Assembly (NCBI GenBank): GCA_963768655.1
Contig: CAVYIM010000004.1
Coordinates: forward strand, 640,001 to 704,000
Length of the DNA stretch: 64,000 nucleotides
Direction: 5' to 3'
From: an uncultured Chloroflexia bacterium
GTDB taxonomy: Bacteria; Chloroflexota; Limnocylindria; Limnocylindrales; CSP1-4
The notes beneath the pieces are model-generated. The model did no database searches. It was not told the DNA's origin and saw only the letters and a program-made list of their open reading frames with translations. The translations under genes and the position numbers were made by a program. Positions 9,039 to 19,080 of the stretch are shown in pieces (position 1 is the stretch's first letter; the number at the start of each line of letters is the position of its first letter).

Positions 9039-10075
9039 TCGTGCTCTCGCTGGTCCATGTTGCGCTCGCGCAGGGTCTTGATGATCAGGGGGAGCACCTC
9101 GGCCACGTCGCCGACGATGCGGTAGTGGGCGATCTGGAACATCGGCGCGTTGGGGTCGGTGTTGATGGCGATGATCTTGGATGACTGATCCATGCCGGCC
9201 CGATGCTGGATGGCGCCTGAGATCCCGGCCGCGATGTAGAGGCGCGGCCGGACCGTGGTGCCGGTCTGGCCGACCTGGTGCGGCCGGGCGATCATGCCGG
9301 CGTCCACCGCCGCGCGGGACGCGCCGACCTCGCCGCCGAGGAGATTGGCCAGGTCGCGCAGGAGGGCGAAGTCCTCGGCGCTGCCGATACCGGCGCCGCC
9401 CGAAACGACGACCGGGGCTTCCTTGAGGTTGACGGTCGAGTGGCGCGTCTGGCGGCTGAGAACCTCGAGAGCGAAGTCGCCCGGCTCGAACGCGGGAACG
9501 ACCTTCTCGATCGTGCCCTTTCGGCCCGGCTGGGCGGCCGGCATGCGCATCACGCCTTCGCGCACCGTCGCCATCTGGGGCCGGGTCTTGGGGTTGACGA
9601 TCGTGGCGATCAGGTTGCCGCCGAAGGCGGGCCGGATCTGGTAGAGCAGGTTGGGGTAGGTCTTGTTCTCCTTGCGGATCGTGTACTCGCCGATCTGCAG
9701 GTCCGTGCAGTCCGCCGTGAGGCCGCAGCGCAGGGCGCTGGCGACGCGCGGGGCGAGGTCACGGCCGTTGGGCGTGCCGCCGATCAGGAAGATCTCCGGC
9801 TTGCGGGCCTTCGCCTCGGCTATCGCGATGCGGGCGTAGGGGAGGGTGCGGTAGTCGGCGAGCTCGGGGTGGTCCGCCAGGAGCACGCGATCGGCGCCGC
9901 GCTCTATCACCTGCTGCGCCAGCGGCTCGACTTTGTGGCCGAAGACGAGACCCACTACGTCGTAGCCGAGCTGATCGGCCAGCTCGCGGGCTTTGCCGGT
10001 CAGCTCCAGGCTGACGTCCGCGATCTTGCCGTCGGTCTGCTCGATGAAGACCCAGATGCTGTTCTGCTCTGTCAT
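9035..10075 (-). CDS. etfA: Electron transfer flavoprotein alpha subunit
   Basis: GLTADCT, RPAFGGN, QVGQTG, GISGAIQH, AINTDPNAP; start trimmed to MTEQN. Confidence 0.95.
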   Translation of the reverse strand: MTEQNSIWVFIEQTDGKIADVSLELTGKARELADQLGYDVVGLVFGHKVEPLAQQVIERGADRVLLADHPELADYRTLPYARIAIAEAKARKPEIFLIGGTPNGRDLAPRVASALRCGLTADCTDLQIGEYTIRKENKTYPNLLYQIRPAFGGNLIATIVNPKTRPQMATVREGVMRMPAAQPGRKGTIEKVVPAFEPGDFALEVLSRQTRHSTVNLKEAPVVVSGGAGIGSAEDFALLRDLANLLGGEVGASRAAVDAGMIARPHQVGQTGTTVRPRLYIAAGISGAIQHRAGMDQSSKIIAINTDPNAPMFQIAHYRIVGDVAEVLPLIIKTLRERNMDQREHE

Positions 10076-10083
10076 CGCTTGCC

Positions 10084-10989
10084 CTACCCGACGATGTATT
10101 CGTGGACCAGTTCCTGGATCATCGCCGCGATGCCCTCGGGCGTGGCCGGAATGGTCTTGCTTTCGGTGCTCTCCAGGACCACGAAGTTGATCCTGTGGAC
10201 CTGCGTGGGAGAGCCCGCCAGGCCGACCTGTTCCTCGGAGGCGCCGATGTCCTCCGCGGTCCAGATCGCGATCTTCAGGTCGTGGGCTGCCAGATACGCC
10301 GCCAGCTGTTCGTCCGATTCGAACTCGGGCCAGGCGGCGCGAAGGGCGGCGTACTCGTTCGTGGTGGCGGCCAGCTTGCGCTCGATGCGGCGACGGACCG
10401 AGGCCGGGCGAGGCGTGTTGGCGGAGCCGACGACGGTGAGGAGAACCGGCATCTTGCAGCGAACGATCTCCGAACCGGAGTCGAGCGCGCGCTCGGCGAC
10501 GATCTGGTCGTCCGAGAGCTCGACGATCGTCTCGGCGTAGGTGATCTGCGGGATGCCGAGCTTCTCGGCCAGCTGCGGCCCGACCTGGGCCGTGTCGCCG
10601 TCGATCGCCTGGCGGCCGCAGAACAGGAGGTCGAACGGACCGGCCTTCTCGACGGCGCACTTCAGCACGTAGGAGGTGGCCAGCGTGTCCGCGCCGGCGA
10701 ACTTGCGATCGGTCAGCAGGATGACCCGATCCGCGCCGCGAAAGAGGGCCTCGCGCAGGACATTGGCCGCCTTGGGCGGGCCCATGGTGATCACGGTCAC
10801 GGTGCCGCCGCGGCGCTCCCGGACCTGCAGCGCCATCTCGAGGGCGTTCAGGTCCTCCGGGTTGAAGATCGCCGGCAGCGCGTTGCGGTTCATGGTGCCG
10901 TCCTTCGTCATCACCTCACCGGTGATGTTGTGGGTGTCCGGCACCTGTTTCACGAGCACAGCCGAGTGAATGGGTTTCTGGTCCGTCAT
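10084..10989 (-). CDS. etfB: Electron transfer flavoprotein beta subunit
   Basis: VKQVPD, NPEDLNALE, GADTLAT, GRQAIDGDTAQVG. Confidence 0.95.
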   Translation of the reverse strand: MTDQKPIHSAVLVKQVPDTHNITGEVMTKDGTMNRNALPAIFNPEDLNALEMALQVRERRGGTVTVITMGPPKAANVLREALFRGADRVILLTDRKFAGADTLATSYVLKCAVEKAGPFDLLFCGRQAIDGDTAQVGPQLAEKLGIPQITYAETIVELSDDQIVAERALDSGSEIVRCKMPVLLTVVGSANTPRPASVRRRIERKLAATTNEYAALRAAWPEFESDEQLAAYLAAHDLKIAIWTAEDIGASEEQVGLAGSPTQVHRINFVVLESTESKTIPATPEGIAAMIQELVHEYIVG

Positions 10990-11206
10990 CCTGTCTCCGG
11001 GAGCCGCCCGGTCGCACCGGGGCGGGGGATTCGCGAAGGGCTTTCCCGGGCTCGATCGCCGCTCGGGTGGCGCGGGCCGGCGGGCGATGTCTCCCGTCCG
11101 CAGGTCCGGCGCGAACTATAACCTGCCGCGGGTGCCGGTCGTCGGGTCGCCGCGGCGCCGCGCGGGTGGGGGAGTGGCGCCGGCGAGTTTGTGCGACGAT
11201 CCCGCA

Positions 11207-12133
11207 ATGCCGCCTGGCCCGACCGTCAATTCCGACCTGCGCGTCCGCCTGGCCGGCGTGCGGGCACTGCTTCTCGACATGGACGGCGTGCTCGTCCTGC
11301 GGGGCGAGCCAATTCCGGGCGCCACGGCGGCGCTCGCCGCCCTCGACGCTCGGGCGATCCCATACGTGCTCGCCACGAACACGTCGCTGGTGAGCCGGGC
11401 CACGCTGGCGCGCGAGCTCGGCCGGGCCGGCATTTCGGTGGCGGCCGACCGGATCGTCACCGCGGCCTCGGCGGCTGCGGCGCACGTGGGGCGGCGCTTC
11501 GACGGCGAGCCGCTGTACGTGATGGTCGCGCCGGACGCCCGGGTCGAGTTCGAGGGGCTGCGGCTCCTCTCCTACGACGAGGCGGCCGCGCCCGACGCCC
11601 GCGCCGCGGCGGTGGTCGTCGGCGATGCCGCCGACGAGTTCACGCCGCGGAACCTGCAGTCGGCCTTCACGCTGCTGCGGAGCGGCGCCAGGTTCGTGGC
11701 GATGCACAAGAACCGCTGGTGGCTCACGCCGGCCGGGGCCATGCTCGACGCCGGGGCGTACGTGGCCGGCCTCGAGTACGTGACGCAGCGCCGGGCGCTG
11801 GTCGCCGGCAAGCCGTCGCGTACGTTCTTCGCCGAGTGCGTGCGGCGCCTCGAGGAGATGGTCGGCGGGGCCGGCGACGCCGGCGGGACTGGCGGAGCCG
11901 GCGCGCGAACCGGCCGCGCGTCGCATCTCGCGCCCACTGAAGTGGCGATGGTCGGCGACGATCTCTGGAACGACGTCCTCGGGGCCCAGAAAGCGGGCCT
12001 GCGCGGTGTCTTCGTCCGATCCGGCAAGCACGGCGACGCCGATCTCGCGCGAGTCACCACCGAGCGCGGCGGGCGGGCGCCGGACGCCGTGGCCCCGTCG
12101 ATCGTGGAGGTCGTGGCCGCTCTGGTGAGTTGA
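11207..12133 (+). CDS. HAD superfamily IIA hydrolase
   Basis: LDMDGV motif I, ATNTS, AGKPS, MVGDDLWNDVLGA; start uncertain. Confidence 0.88.
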   Translation: MPPGPTVNSDLRVRLAGVRALLLDMDGVLVLRGEPIPGATAALAALDARAIPYVLATNTSLVSRATLARELGRAGISVAADRIVTAASAAAAHVGRRFDGEPLYVMVAPDARVEFEGLRLLSYDEAAAPDARAAAVVVGDAADEFTPRNLQSAFTLLRSGARFVAMHKNRWWLTPAGAMLDAGAYVAGLEYVTQRRALVAGKPSRTFFAECVRRLEEMVGGAGDAGGTGGAGARTGRASHLAPTEVAMVGDDLWNDVLGAQKAGLRGVFVRSGKHGDADLARVTTERGGRAPDAVAPSIVEVVAALVS

Positions 12134-12296
12134 TCCGACGCCGCCTTCATCGGTGGCCGGAACCTGCGTCACCTGAGGGAGGGTCTCCGCGACGGCGCGC
12201 GGTAAACTGGCGGCAGATGGCTGCGCCCTGCTGCGGGCGCGCGGCTCGAGGCGGCGCAGCCAGGTCCCAGGTGCCCGGCACCAGGAGGGCGTTCGG

Positions 12297-13871
12297 ATGA
12301 CCGCGACGTCTGAGCCCCGGCTCAAGATCACCTACGCCACGATGCGAAACGACAACGAGCAACTGCATGCCTCGTACGATGCCGGCCTGCTAACCGCCCG
12401 CAATGAGCTCGGCGGCACCCACGGCATCTACGTCAACGGCGAGTGGCACCCGGCAAAGGAGACCTTCGAGAAGCGTTCGCCGATCGACGGGTCGCTCGTC
12501 GGCCGCTTCGCGAAAGGCACGCGCGCGGACGTTCGGGAAGCGATCGCCGCCGCCCGCGCCGCCGCCCCGGGCTGGGCCAGGACCCCGTGGCTCGAGCGCA
12601 TCGCCGTCATGCGCCGCATGGCGGAGTTGATCAGCGAGCACCAGATGGAATTCGCGGCCCTGATGGCGATCGAGGTCGGAAAGAACCGGCTCGAGGCCCT
12701 CGGCGATGTCGAGGAGACGGCCGACCTGATCCGCTACTACTGCGACCAGCTCGAGGCCAACGACGGCTTCGACCACCCGATGGGGAATCTCGGCGACCCG
12801 ACCGTGCATACCCGCTCTGTGCTCAAGCCGCACGGTGTTTGGGCCGTCATCAGCCCGTTCAACTTCCCGATGGCACTCTCGGGCGGGCCCGCGGGCGGCG
12901 CGCTCGTGGCCGGTAACGCGGTCGTCTACAAGCCCTCGAGCGATGCCCCGCTGTGCGGCGTCAAGCTGGCCGAGGTCGCGGACCTGGCCGGTCTCCCGCG
13001 CGGCGTCTTCAATATGGTCAGCGGCCCGGGCGCCACGGTCGGCGTGGAGCTGCAGGAGAACGAAGGGATCGACGGGCTGCTGTTCACCGGCTCCTTCGAG
13101 ATCGGCTTCAACTCGATCTTCAAGACGTTCAGCAAGCGCTGGCCCAAGCCGGTCGTGGTCGAGATGGGCGGCAAGAACCCGGCCATCGTCAGCGCCCGGG
13201 CGGACCTCGAGGAGGCGGCCGAAGGGATCGTCCGGTCGGCCTTCGGTTTCGCCGGCCAGAAATGCTCGGCCTGCAGCCGGGTCTACGTCGAGGCTCCCGT
13301 GCACGCCGCCCTGCTCGAGCAGCTCGTCGCCAAGACGAAAGCGCTCACCATCGGCGATCCGACGGACCGCAAGATCTGGCTCGGCCCGCTGGTCAATGCC
13401 AACGCGATGGCCACCTACGATGCCGCCGTTGCCGAGGCCAAACGGGACGGCCGGATCGTCTTCGGCGGGGAGCGGCTGGCCGGGATGCCGAGCGACCTCT
13501 TCGTCGCGCCCACGATCGTGGCGGACCTGCCGTTCGAGCACCGGATCTGGCGCGACGAGCTATTCGTGCCGCTCGTCGCGGTCGGCTCCGTCAAGTCGCT
13601 GGACGAGGCCTTCGAGCGCGCCAACGACACGATCTACGGACTGACGGCGGGCTTCTTCAGCGAGGATCGCGAAGAGGTCGAGCGCTTCAAGGAGGCCGTC
13701 GAGGCCGGCGTCATCTACATCAACCGCCGCGCCGGCGCGACCACGGGGGCCTGGCCGGGCATCCAGCCGTTCGGCGGCTGGAAGGGCTCCGGAACCACCG
13801 GCAAGGCATCGGGCGGCCTGTACTACGTCCAGCAGTTCATGCGCGAGCAGTCGCAGACCCTGGTCGACTGA
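12297..13871 (+). CDS. Aldehyde dehydrogenase, 1-pyrroline-5-carboxylate dehydrogenase-like
   Basis: ISPFNFP, FTGS, EMGGKN, GQKCSACSR, ELFVP, QPFGGWKGSG. Confidence 0.9.
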   Translation: MTATSEPRLKITYATMRNDNEQLHASYDAGLLTARNELGGTHGIYVNGEWHPAKETFEKRSPIDGSLVGRFAKGTRADVREAIAAARAAAPGWARTPWLERIAVMRRMAELISEHQMEFAALMAIEVGKNRLEALGDVEETADLIRYYCDQLEANDGFDHPMGNLGDPTVHTRSVLKPHGVWAVISPFNFPMALSGGPAGGALVAGNAVVYKPSSDAPLCGVKLAEVADLAGLPRGVFNMVSGPGATVGVELQENEGIDGLLFTGSFEIGFNSIFKTFSKRWPKPVVVEMGGKNPAIVSARADLEEAAEGIVRSAFGFAGQKCSACSRVYVEAPVHAALLEQLVAKTKALTIGDPTDRKIWLGPLVNANAMATYDAAVAEAKRDGRIVFGGERLAGMPSDLFVAPTIVADLPFEHRIWRDELFVPLVAVGSVKSLDEAFERANDTIYGLTAGFFSEDREEVERFKEAVEAGVIYINRRAGATTGAWPGIQPFGGWKGSGTTGKASGGLYYVQQFMREQSQTLVD

Positions 13872-14043
13872 CCGGGGCGGGTGTGCCCGATATCCGAGCG
13901 GCCCGACTGCCCCGGCGAGCCCGCGCGATTAAATCGCAGAGCGCCGGTTCGGGCTCGCCCGTCGGCTATGCTGGCGTGTGCCTGCCCGGTCCGGCGAACC
14001 GGCGCGGGCAGTTGGCGCCCGATTCTCGCCCTGGACGGTATCA

Positions 14044-15018
14044 ATGGCCTCGGCAGTCTTCGACGTGGCGACGATCGTCGGCGCGCTCGACCAGATCGAC
14101 GCCCATCTCGGGTCACCCGTCAGCTGGCATCCGAGCGGCCCGTCGCAGGCGCGCCTGCTCGAATGGCGCGGCAAGCTGGCCGGTGAGGTCGCGAAGCTGC
14201 GCCACCTGGAAGGCTGCGCCTCCGCCGAAGCGGAGGAGCTCAATCGTTTCCTGGCAGAGCGTGACTTCGACTTCCGCTTCGGCCCGCTCACGCCGCCCTC
14301 GTTCGGAGCGGCATCAACGCTCCGGGAGACGACGACATGGCCGTCGCCGGGGACGAGCGTCCCGGTCTTCGCCTCCGGCCGCGACTATCGCGGGTTCATC
14401 CTGGCGGGTCTGTCCGTGGACGGTTTCGGCCTGGCCGACGGATGGACGCTGGTGGCGATGCCGCGGAGGGTCACAGATCCGAGCTACGTCTGGCTCCTGC
14501 TCGGCGATCGTCTGCCCGACGGATCGGACGGATTCGAGTTGTTCGATGCGGCCCACGCGGCCCTGTCCGCGCGTGCTGCCGGCGAGCGCCAGCGGTTCGC
14601 CAGTGTGACCATGCCGGAAGTGCGGCTGATCGCCACGAACGAACTGGCGTGGTTGCGCGGCCTGAGCGGTGAGGGCGGGGCGGCGATCGAGCAGGCGGTG
14701 CAGGAGGCCAAGCTGCGCATCGATCGAACCGGCTCGGAGGCGGCCGTGGCCACGACCCTGGTCATGAGGTCCGCGGCGTTCGGTTTCGTGCGCGACCTGA
14801 CGGTCGACCGGCCGTTCATCGCGTTCTGGACCGACGAAGCCAGCGACGCGCTGCCGCTCGCCGTGGCCCGCTTCGACTTCGACACCTGGAGCGCGTGGGA
14901 CGCGGAGCGTGCCGACCGCGAGAACGCGGAGCTCGAGGCGGCCGATGCCACGGCGGCCGGCGAACAGGGCGACACCGAACGGCCCTCGCTCGTGCGCAGG
15001 CTGCTCATCCGGCGGTAG
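14044..15018 (+). CDS. Divergent serpin-like protein
   Basis: C-terminal QAVQEAKLRIDRTGSEAAVATTLVMRS...LTVDRPFIAF matches the serpin hinge, reactive loop and s1C-s4B pattern; N-terminal half not recognisable. Confidence 0.6.
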   Translation: MASAVFDVATIVGALDQIDAHLGSPVSWHPSGPSQARLLEWRGKLAGEVAKLRHLEGCASAEAEELNRFLAERDFDFRFGPLTPPSFGAASTLRETTTWPSPGTSVPVFASGRDYRGFILAGLSVDGFGLADGWTLVAMPRRVTDPSYVWLLLGDRLPDGSDGFELFDAAHAALSARAAGERQRFASVTMPEVRLIATNELAWLRGLSGEGGAAIEQAVQEAKLRIDRTGSEAAVATTLVMRSAAFGFVRDLTVDRPFIAFWTDEASDALPLAVARFDFDTWSAWDAERADRENAELEAADATAAGEQGDTERPSLVRRLLIRR

Positions 15019-15190
15019 CCCCGACCGCCGCCGATCGTCTTCCGCGGATCGGCCCCGAATTGACACCTCAACCGCTCCGGACGGCCACTCGGCTATACTG
15101 TGAAGACTATCCAGGCTGCATAAAGGCTATCCGTTTCGCTGCGGCAGCTGCGCCCGATCCGCGGCCCGCCACAACCTGTCGAGGTGCACC

Positions 15191-16489
15191 GTGACCCAGG
15201 CTCCCGGCAAGCTCGCCCAGGCTCCCACCGTTCCGCACCTCGTCACCGAGCTGCCCGGCCCGAAGGCCCGCGCCCACCTGGAGTTCGACCGTCAGTGGAC
15301 CTCGCCGAGCGTGCCACGGGCCTACCCGGTCGTGCCCGTGCGCGGCGAAGGCTGCGTCATCGAGGACATCGACGGCAACCTCCTGCTCGACTTCAACGCC
15401 GGCATCGCCGTGACCTCGACCGGGCACTGCCACCCCGACGTGGTCCGTGCCATCCAGGACCAGGCGGGCAAGCTGCTCCACTACAGCGCCGACTTCTACC
15501 TGCCGATCTACGCCCAGATGTGCGCCGAGCTGGCCCGCATCGCGCCGATGAAGGAGAAGTGCCGCGTCTTCCTCGGCAACTCCGGGACGGAGGCGGTCGA
15601 GGGTTCGATCAAGCTCGCCCGCTTCGCTACCCGTCGCCAGTACATCGTCGCGTTCCTGGGCGCCTTCCACGGCCGCTCCTACGGTTCCGTGTCGCTGACC
15701 GCTTCGAAAGCGAAGTACCACGCCGGCTTCGGGCCGATGCTGCCGGGCGTCTTCCACGCCCCGTTCGGGCACGTCGCGGACCTGCGCTGGTTCGACGACG
15801 TGCTATTCGACAAGCTGGTTCCGCCCGAAGAAGTGGCGGCCATCATCCTGGAGCCGATCCAGGGCGAGGGTGGCTACGTCGTCCCCGAAGACGGCTTCAT
15901 CCAGGGAGTGCGCGCGATCTGCGACAAACACGGCATCCTGCTGATCGCCGACGAGGTTCAGTCGGGCGGCGGCCGGACCGGCAAGATGTGGGCCATCCAG
16001 AACTGGGACGTGGAGCCGGACATCGTGGCCACCGCCAAGGGGATTGCCAGCGGCATGCCCCTGGGCGCGTTCATCGCCCGCGACTCGCTCATGACGAAAT
16101 GGGGTCCCGGTGCGCACGGCACCACGTATGGCGGCAACCCGGTTGCCTGCGCCGCCTCGCTCGAGACGATCAAGCTGCTCGAAGGCGGGCTGATGGCCAA
16201 CGCGAAGGCGCGCGGCGATGAGTTGCTGGCCGGGCTTCGGGTCTTGCAGGCGCGGTTCCCGTCCGTTGTGCGCGACGTGCGCGGCATCGGACTGATGATT
16301 GGCGTGGAGTTCGACTCGCACGAGCGCGCCGCGGCCGTGGAGTGGGGCTCGTTCCAGCGCGGGCTGCTCGTGCTGGAGGCCGGCCACACCGTGGTCCGCA
16401 TCTCGCCGCCGCTCGTCATCACGGCCGAAGAGGCGGCCCTCGGGCTGAAGCTCTTTGGCGAGGCCGTCGCCGAGGCCGCGGCGAAGTAG
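15191..16489 (+). CDS. Class III PLP aminotransferase (4-aminobutyrate/ornithine aminotransferase-like)
   Basis: NSGTEAVE, FHGRS, EPIQGEGG, DEVQSG, AKG lysine, TTYGGNP. Confidence 0.93.
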   Translation: MTQAPGKLAQAPTVPHLVTELPGPKARAHLEFDRQWTSPSVPRAYPVVPVRGEGCVIEDIDGNLLLDFNAGIAVTSTGHCHPDVVRAIQDQAGKLLHYSADFYLPIYAQMCAELARIAPMKEKCRVFLGNSGTEAVEGSIKLARFATRRQYIVAFLGAFHGRSYGSVSLTASKAKYHAGFGPMLPGVFHAPFGHVADLRWFDDVLFDKLVPPEEVAAIILEPIQGEGGYVVPEDGFIQGVRAICDKHGILLIADEVQSGGGRTGKMWAIQNWDVEPDIVATAKGIASGMPLGAFIARDSLMTKWGPGAHGTTYGGNPVACAASLETIKLLEGGLMANAKARGDELLAGLRVLQARFPSVVRDVRGIGLMIGVEFDSHERAAAVEWGSFQRGLLVLEAGHTVVRISPPLVITAEEAALGLKLFGEAVAEAAAK

Positions 16490-16581
16490 GCTCTGTGCAG
16501 CCGCGATGCAGTCGCGGATGATCGTCGGGCCATCGCCAGATATCGCCAGATAAGGTCCAGATAAGCCGCAGGTAAGCGCCG

Positions 16582-17499
16582 ATGAGTAAGGTCATGTCGA
16601 TGCGCGACGCCGTCGCCGCGAATGTCCATGACGGCGACGTCGTCGCCATCGAAGGCTTCACGCACCTGATCTGCTTCGCGGCGGGTCACGAGATCATTCG
16701 CCAGCGCAAGCGGGACCTTACGCTGGCGCGCCTAACGCCGGACCTGATCTACGACCAGATGGTCGCGGCCGGGACGGCGCGCAAGCTCGTGTTCAGCTGG
16801 CTCGGAAACCCTGGCGTCGGCGGGCTCCACGCGATCCGCCGCCGGGTCGAAGACGCCGATCCGGCGCCGCTCGAGCTGGAGGAGTACAGCCACTTCGGCA
16901 TGGTCGGGCGGTATACGGCCGGCGCCTCGAACCTGCCGTTCTTCCCGCTGCGCTCCTACTTCGAGACGGACCTGCCGAAGGCGAACCCGCTGATCAGGCC
17001 AATCCGCTCGCCCTACGGCGACGAGACGGTCTACACGGTTCCGCCGCTCAAGCCGGACGTGACGGTCGTTCACGCCCAGCGGGCCGACGCCGAGGGCGAC
17101 ACCCAGATGTGGGGCCTGCTGGGCTGTCAGAAGGAGGCTGCCTTCGCCGCCGAGCGGGTCATCGTCGTCGTGGAGGAGCTCGTCCCGGAGGCGGTCATTC
17201 GGGCGGATCCGAACCGCACCGTCATCCCGGGCCTGATCGTGGACGCGGTGGTCGTGGAGCCGTTTGGGGCGCATCCCTCCTACGTCCAGGGTGCCTACGA
17301 CCGCGACAACCGCTTCTACCGCGACTGGGACGCGATTGCCCGCGAGGACGCGACCACTCAGGCCTGGCTCGACGAATGGGTCTACGGCGTCAGCGGTCGG
17401 GCGGAGTACGTCGAGAAGCTCGGGGCCGAAAGGGTGGCCAGCCTGAGGCCCTCGGGCGAAGCGCCATCCGGCTCGGTCGACTACGGAGTCTACAGATGA
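16582..17499 (+). CDS. Family I CoA-transferase subunit A (glutaconate/3-oxoadipate CoA-transferase type)
   Basis: EGFTHLI, WLGNPGVG, EEYSH, HAQRAD, GAHPSY..YDRD. Confidence 0.9.
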   Translation: MSKVMSMRDAVAANVHDGDVVAIEGFTHLICFAAGHEIIRQRKRDLTLARLTPDLIYDQMVAAGTARKLVFSWLGNPGVGGLHAIRRRVEDADPAPLELEEYSHFGMVGRYTAGASNLPFFPLRSYFETDLPKANPLIRPIRSPYGDETVYTVPPLKPDVTVVHAQRADAEGDTQMWGLLGCQKEAAFAAERVIVVVEELVPEAVIRADPNRTVIPGLIVDAVVVEPFGAHPSYVQGAYDRDNRFYRDWDAIAREDATTQAWLDEWVYGVSGRAEYVEKLGAERVASLRPSGEAPSGSVDYGVYR

Positions 17500-18338
17500 G
17501 CGAGTCGCGTCCGGCGGCGGGTTCGGCCGCCGGCGGCCCCGGCGTCGGCGGCTCCGCCACCCCGGCCTCCACCTTCAGCAAGTCCGAGATGATGATCGTG
17601 GCAGCCGCCCGCGAGCTGGCCGGCCAGCGCGTCTGCTTCGTCGGCGTGGGGCTGCCGAACATCGCCGTCAACCTGGCCCGCCTGACCGTCGCTCCGACGC
17701 TCGAGCTGGTCTACGAGTCGGGCGCCTTCGGCGCGAAGCCGGCCCGGCTGCCGCTCTCGATCGGAGACCCGACCATCGTCACGGGCGCCACGGCTGCCGT
17801 ATCGATGTTCGAGCTGTTCAGCTTCTACCTGCAGGGCGGCCTGGTCGACGTCGGGTTCCTCGGCGCCGCCCAGATCGACCGCTTCGGCAACATCAACAGC
17901 ACCGTCATCGGCGAGTACGAGCATCCGAAGACGCGGCTGCCGGGCTCGGGCGGAGCGTGCGAGATCGCCATCAACGCCCGCCAGGTGTTCGTGATCATGC
18001 GCCAGTCGAAGCGCTCGTTCGTCGATCGGATCGACTTCCGGACTTCGCCCGGCAACCTCGGCGGGGCGGCGGCGGCGGCCCGAATCCGGCGCGAGGAGGG
18101 CTGGCTAGGGCGCGGGCCATCGGTCGTCGTGACGGACCTGGGCATCTACCACTTCGACGACTCGGGCGAGATGCGCCTGGACTCGATCCATCCCGGCGCC
18201 ACGCTCGACCAGATCCGCGACACGATCGGCTGGGAGCCCAGGGTGGCCGAGCCGCTGGCCACGACGCCGGCGCCCACGCCCGAGGAGCTGCGCCTCATCC
18301 GCGAGGAGCTCGACCCCGAAGGCGCCTACACGAAGTAG
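17496..18338 (+). CDS. Family I CoA-transferase subunit B
   Basis: FVGVGLP, YESG catalytic Glu, QIDRFGNIN, LPGSGG; ATGA overlap with subunit A. Confidence 0.9.
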   Translation: MSESRPAAGSAAGGPGVGGSATPASTFSKSEMMIVAAARELAGQRVCFVGVGLPNIAVNLARLTVAPTLELVYESGAFGAKPARLPLSIGDPTIVTGATAAVSMFELFSFYLQGGLVDVGFLGAAQIDRFGNINSTVIGEYEHPKTRLPGSGGACEIAINARQVFVIMRQSKRSFVDRIDFRTSPGNLGGAAAAARIRREEGWLGRGPSVVVTDLGIYHFDDSGEMRLDSIHPGATLDQIRDTIGWEPRVAEPLATTPAPTPEELRLIREELDPEGAYTK

Positions 18339-18371
18339 GGCCAGGGGCCGCGCGCGCCGTGCGCTGCACGT

Positions 18372-18860
18372 CTACCGCCTGACGGCCTCCGGCCTGCCCC
18401 GGACGACCATCACCGGGCAGTGGGCGTGGCGAACCACGAAGTCGGAGACGCTGCCGATGAAGAAGCGGCTGACGCCGCTGCGGCCGTGCGAGCCAACGAC
18501 GATCAGGTCGGCGCACTCCGAGTCCGCCGCCGCGACGATCGCGTCGCCGGCCTCGCCTTCCCAGACCAGGTACGTGGCGTTGGCGCCTGCGGCGCGGGCT
18601 CGCTGCACGATGGCCTGCGCCCTGGCTGCCATCGAATCACGCGAGTCGGCCTCGTGCGCCTCGACGCCGGGGGCTCCGTGCGCCGACGCGCCGTGGGCGG
18701 CCGCGGCTGCGGCCTCGGACGGCTGGCGCGCGGAGGCCACGACGCTCACGACGAGGAGTCGCGCCTCCACCTGGATGGCGAGATCGATGGCTTGCTCGCT
18801 CGCCGGCTCCGATGCGGCCGAGCCGTCGGTGGCGAGCAGGATCGTTTCGAGTCGGGGCAT
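18372..18860 (-). CDS. Universal stress protein
   Basis: ILLATDGS...DLIVVGSHGRSG..IGSVSDFVVRHAHCPV. Confidence 0.93.
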   Translation of the reverse strand: MPRLETILLATDGSAASEPASEQAIDLAIQVEARLLVVSVVASARQPSEAAAAAAHGASAHGAPGVEAHEADSRDSMAARAQAIVQRARAAGANATYLVWEGEAGDAIVAAADSECADLIVVGSHGRSGVSRFFIGSVSDFVVRHAHCPVMVVRGRPEAVRR

Positions 18861-19080
18861 CACGCTCAATCCGGCGCCATGCGGGGCGCGCCGGTCCGTC
18901 TCGATGGTGGGCGCGCGTCCGGGGAAGGGCCAAGGTACATGCGGCCCGTTCCTGCTGGCGCTATGGCACCTGGTCGGGGCGAGAGGAGTAGCGGCGAGAG
19001 CATTCGAGCGCGCGATTCCGACCACTCCGGTTCCGGCCGCGGTGTTGACCTGACCCACCTCGCGCGAGCAACGCGAGGAC

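Noticed and set aside
7284-9125. Long antisense ORF (613 aa) and similar shadow ORFs such as 24146-25996 and 60346-61947
   Set aside because: They mirror well-supported genes on the opposite strand, carry no motifs, and are expected at this GC content
15060-15099. TTGACA and TATACT as one sigma70 promoter
   Set aside because: Spacer is 28 bp, too long for a single promoter
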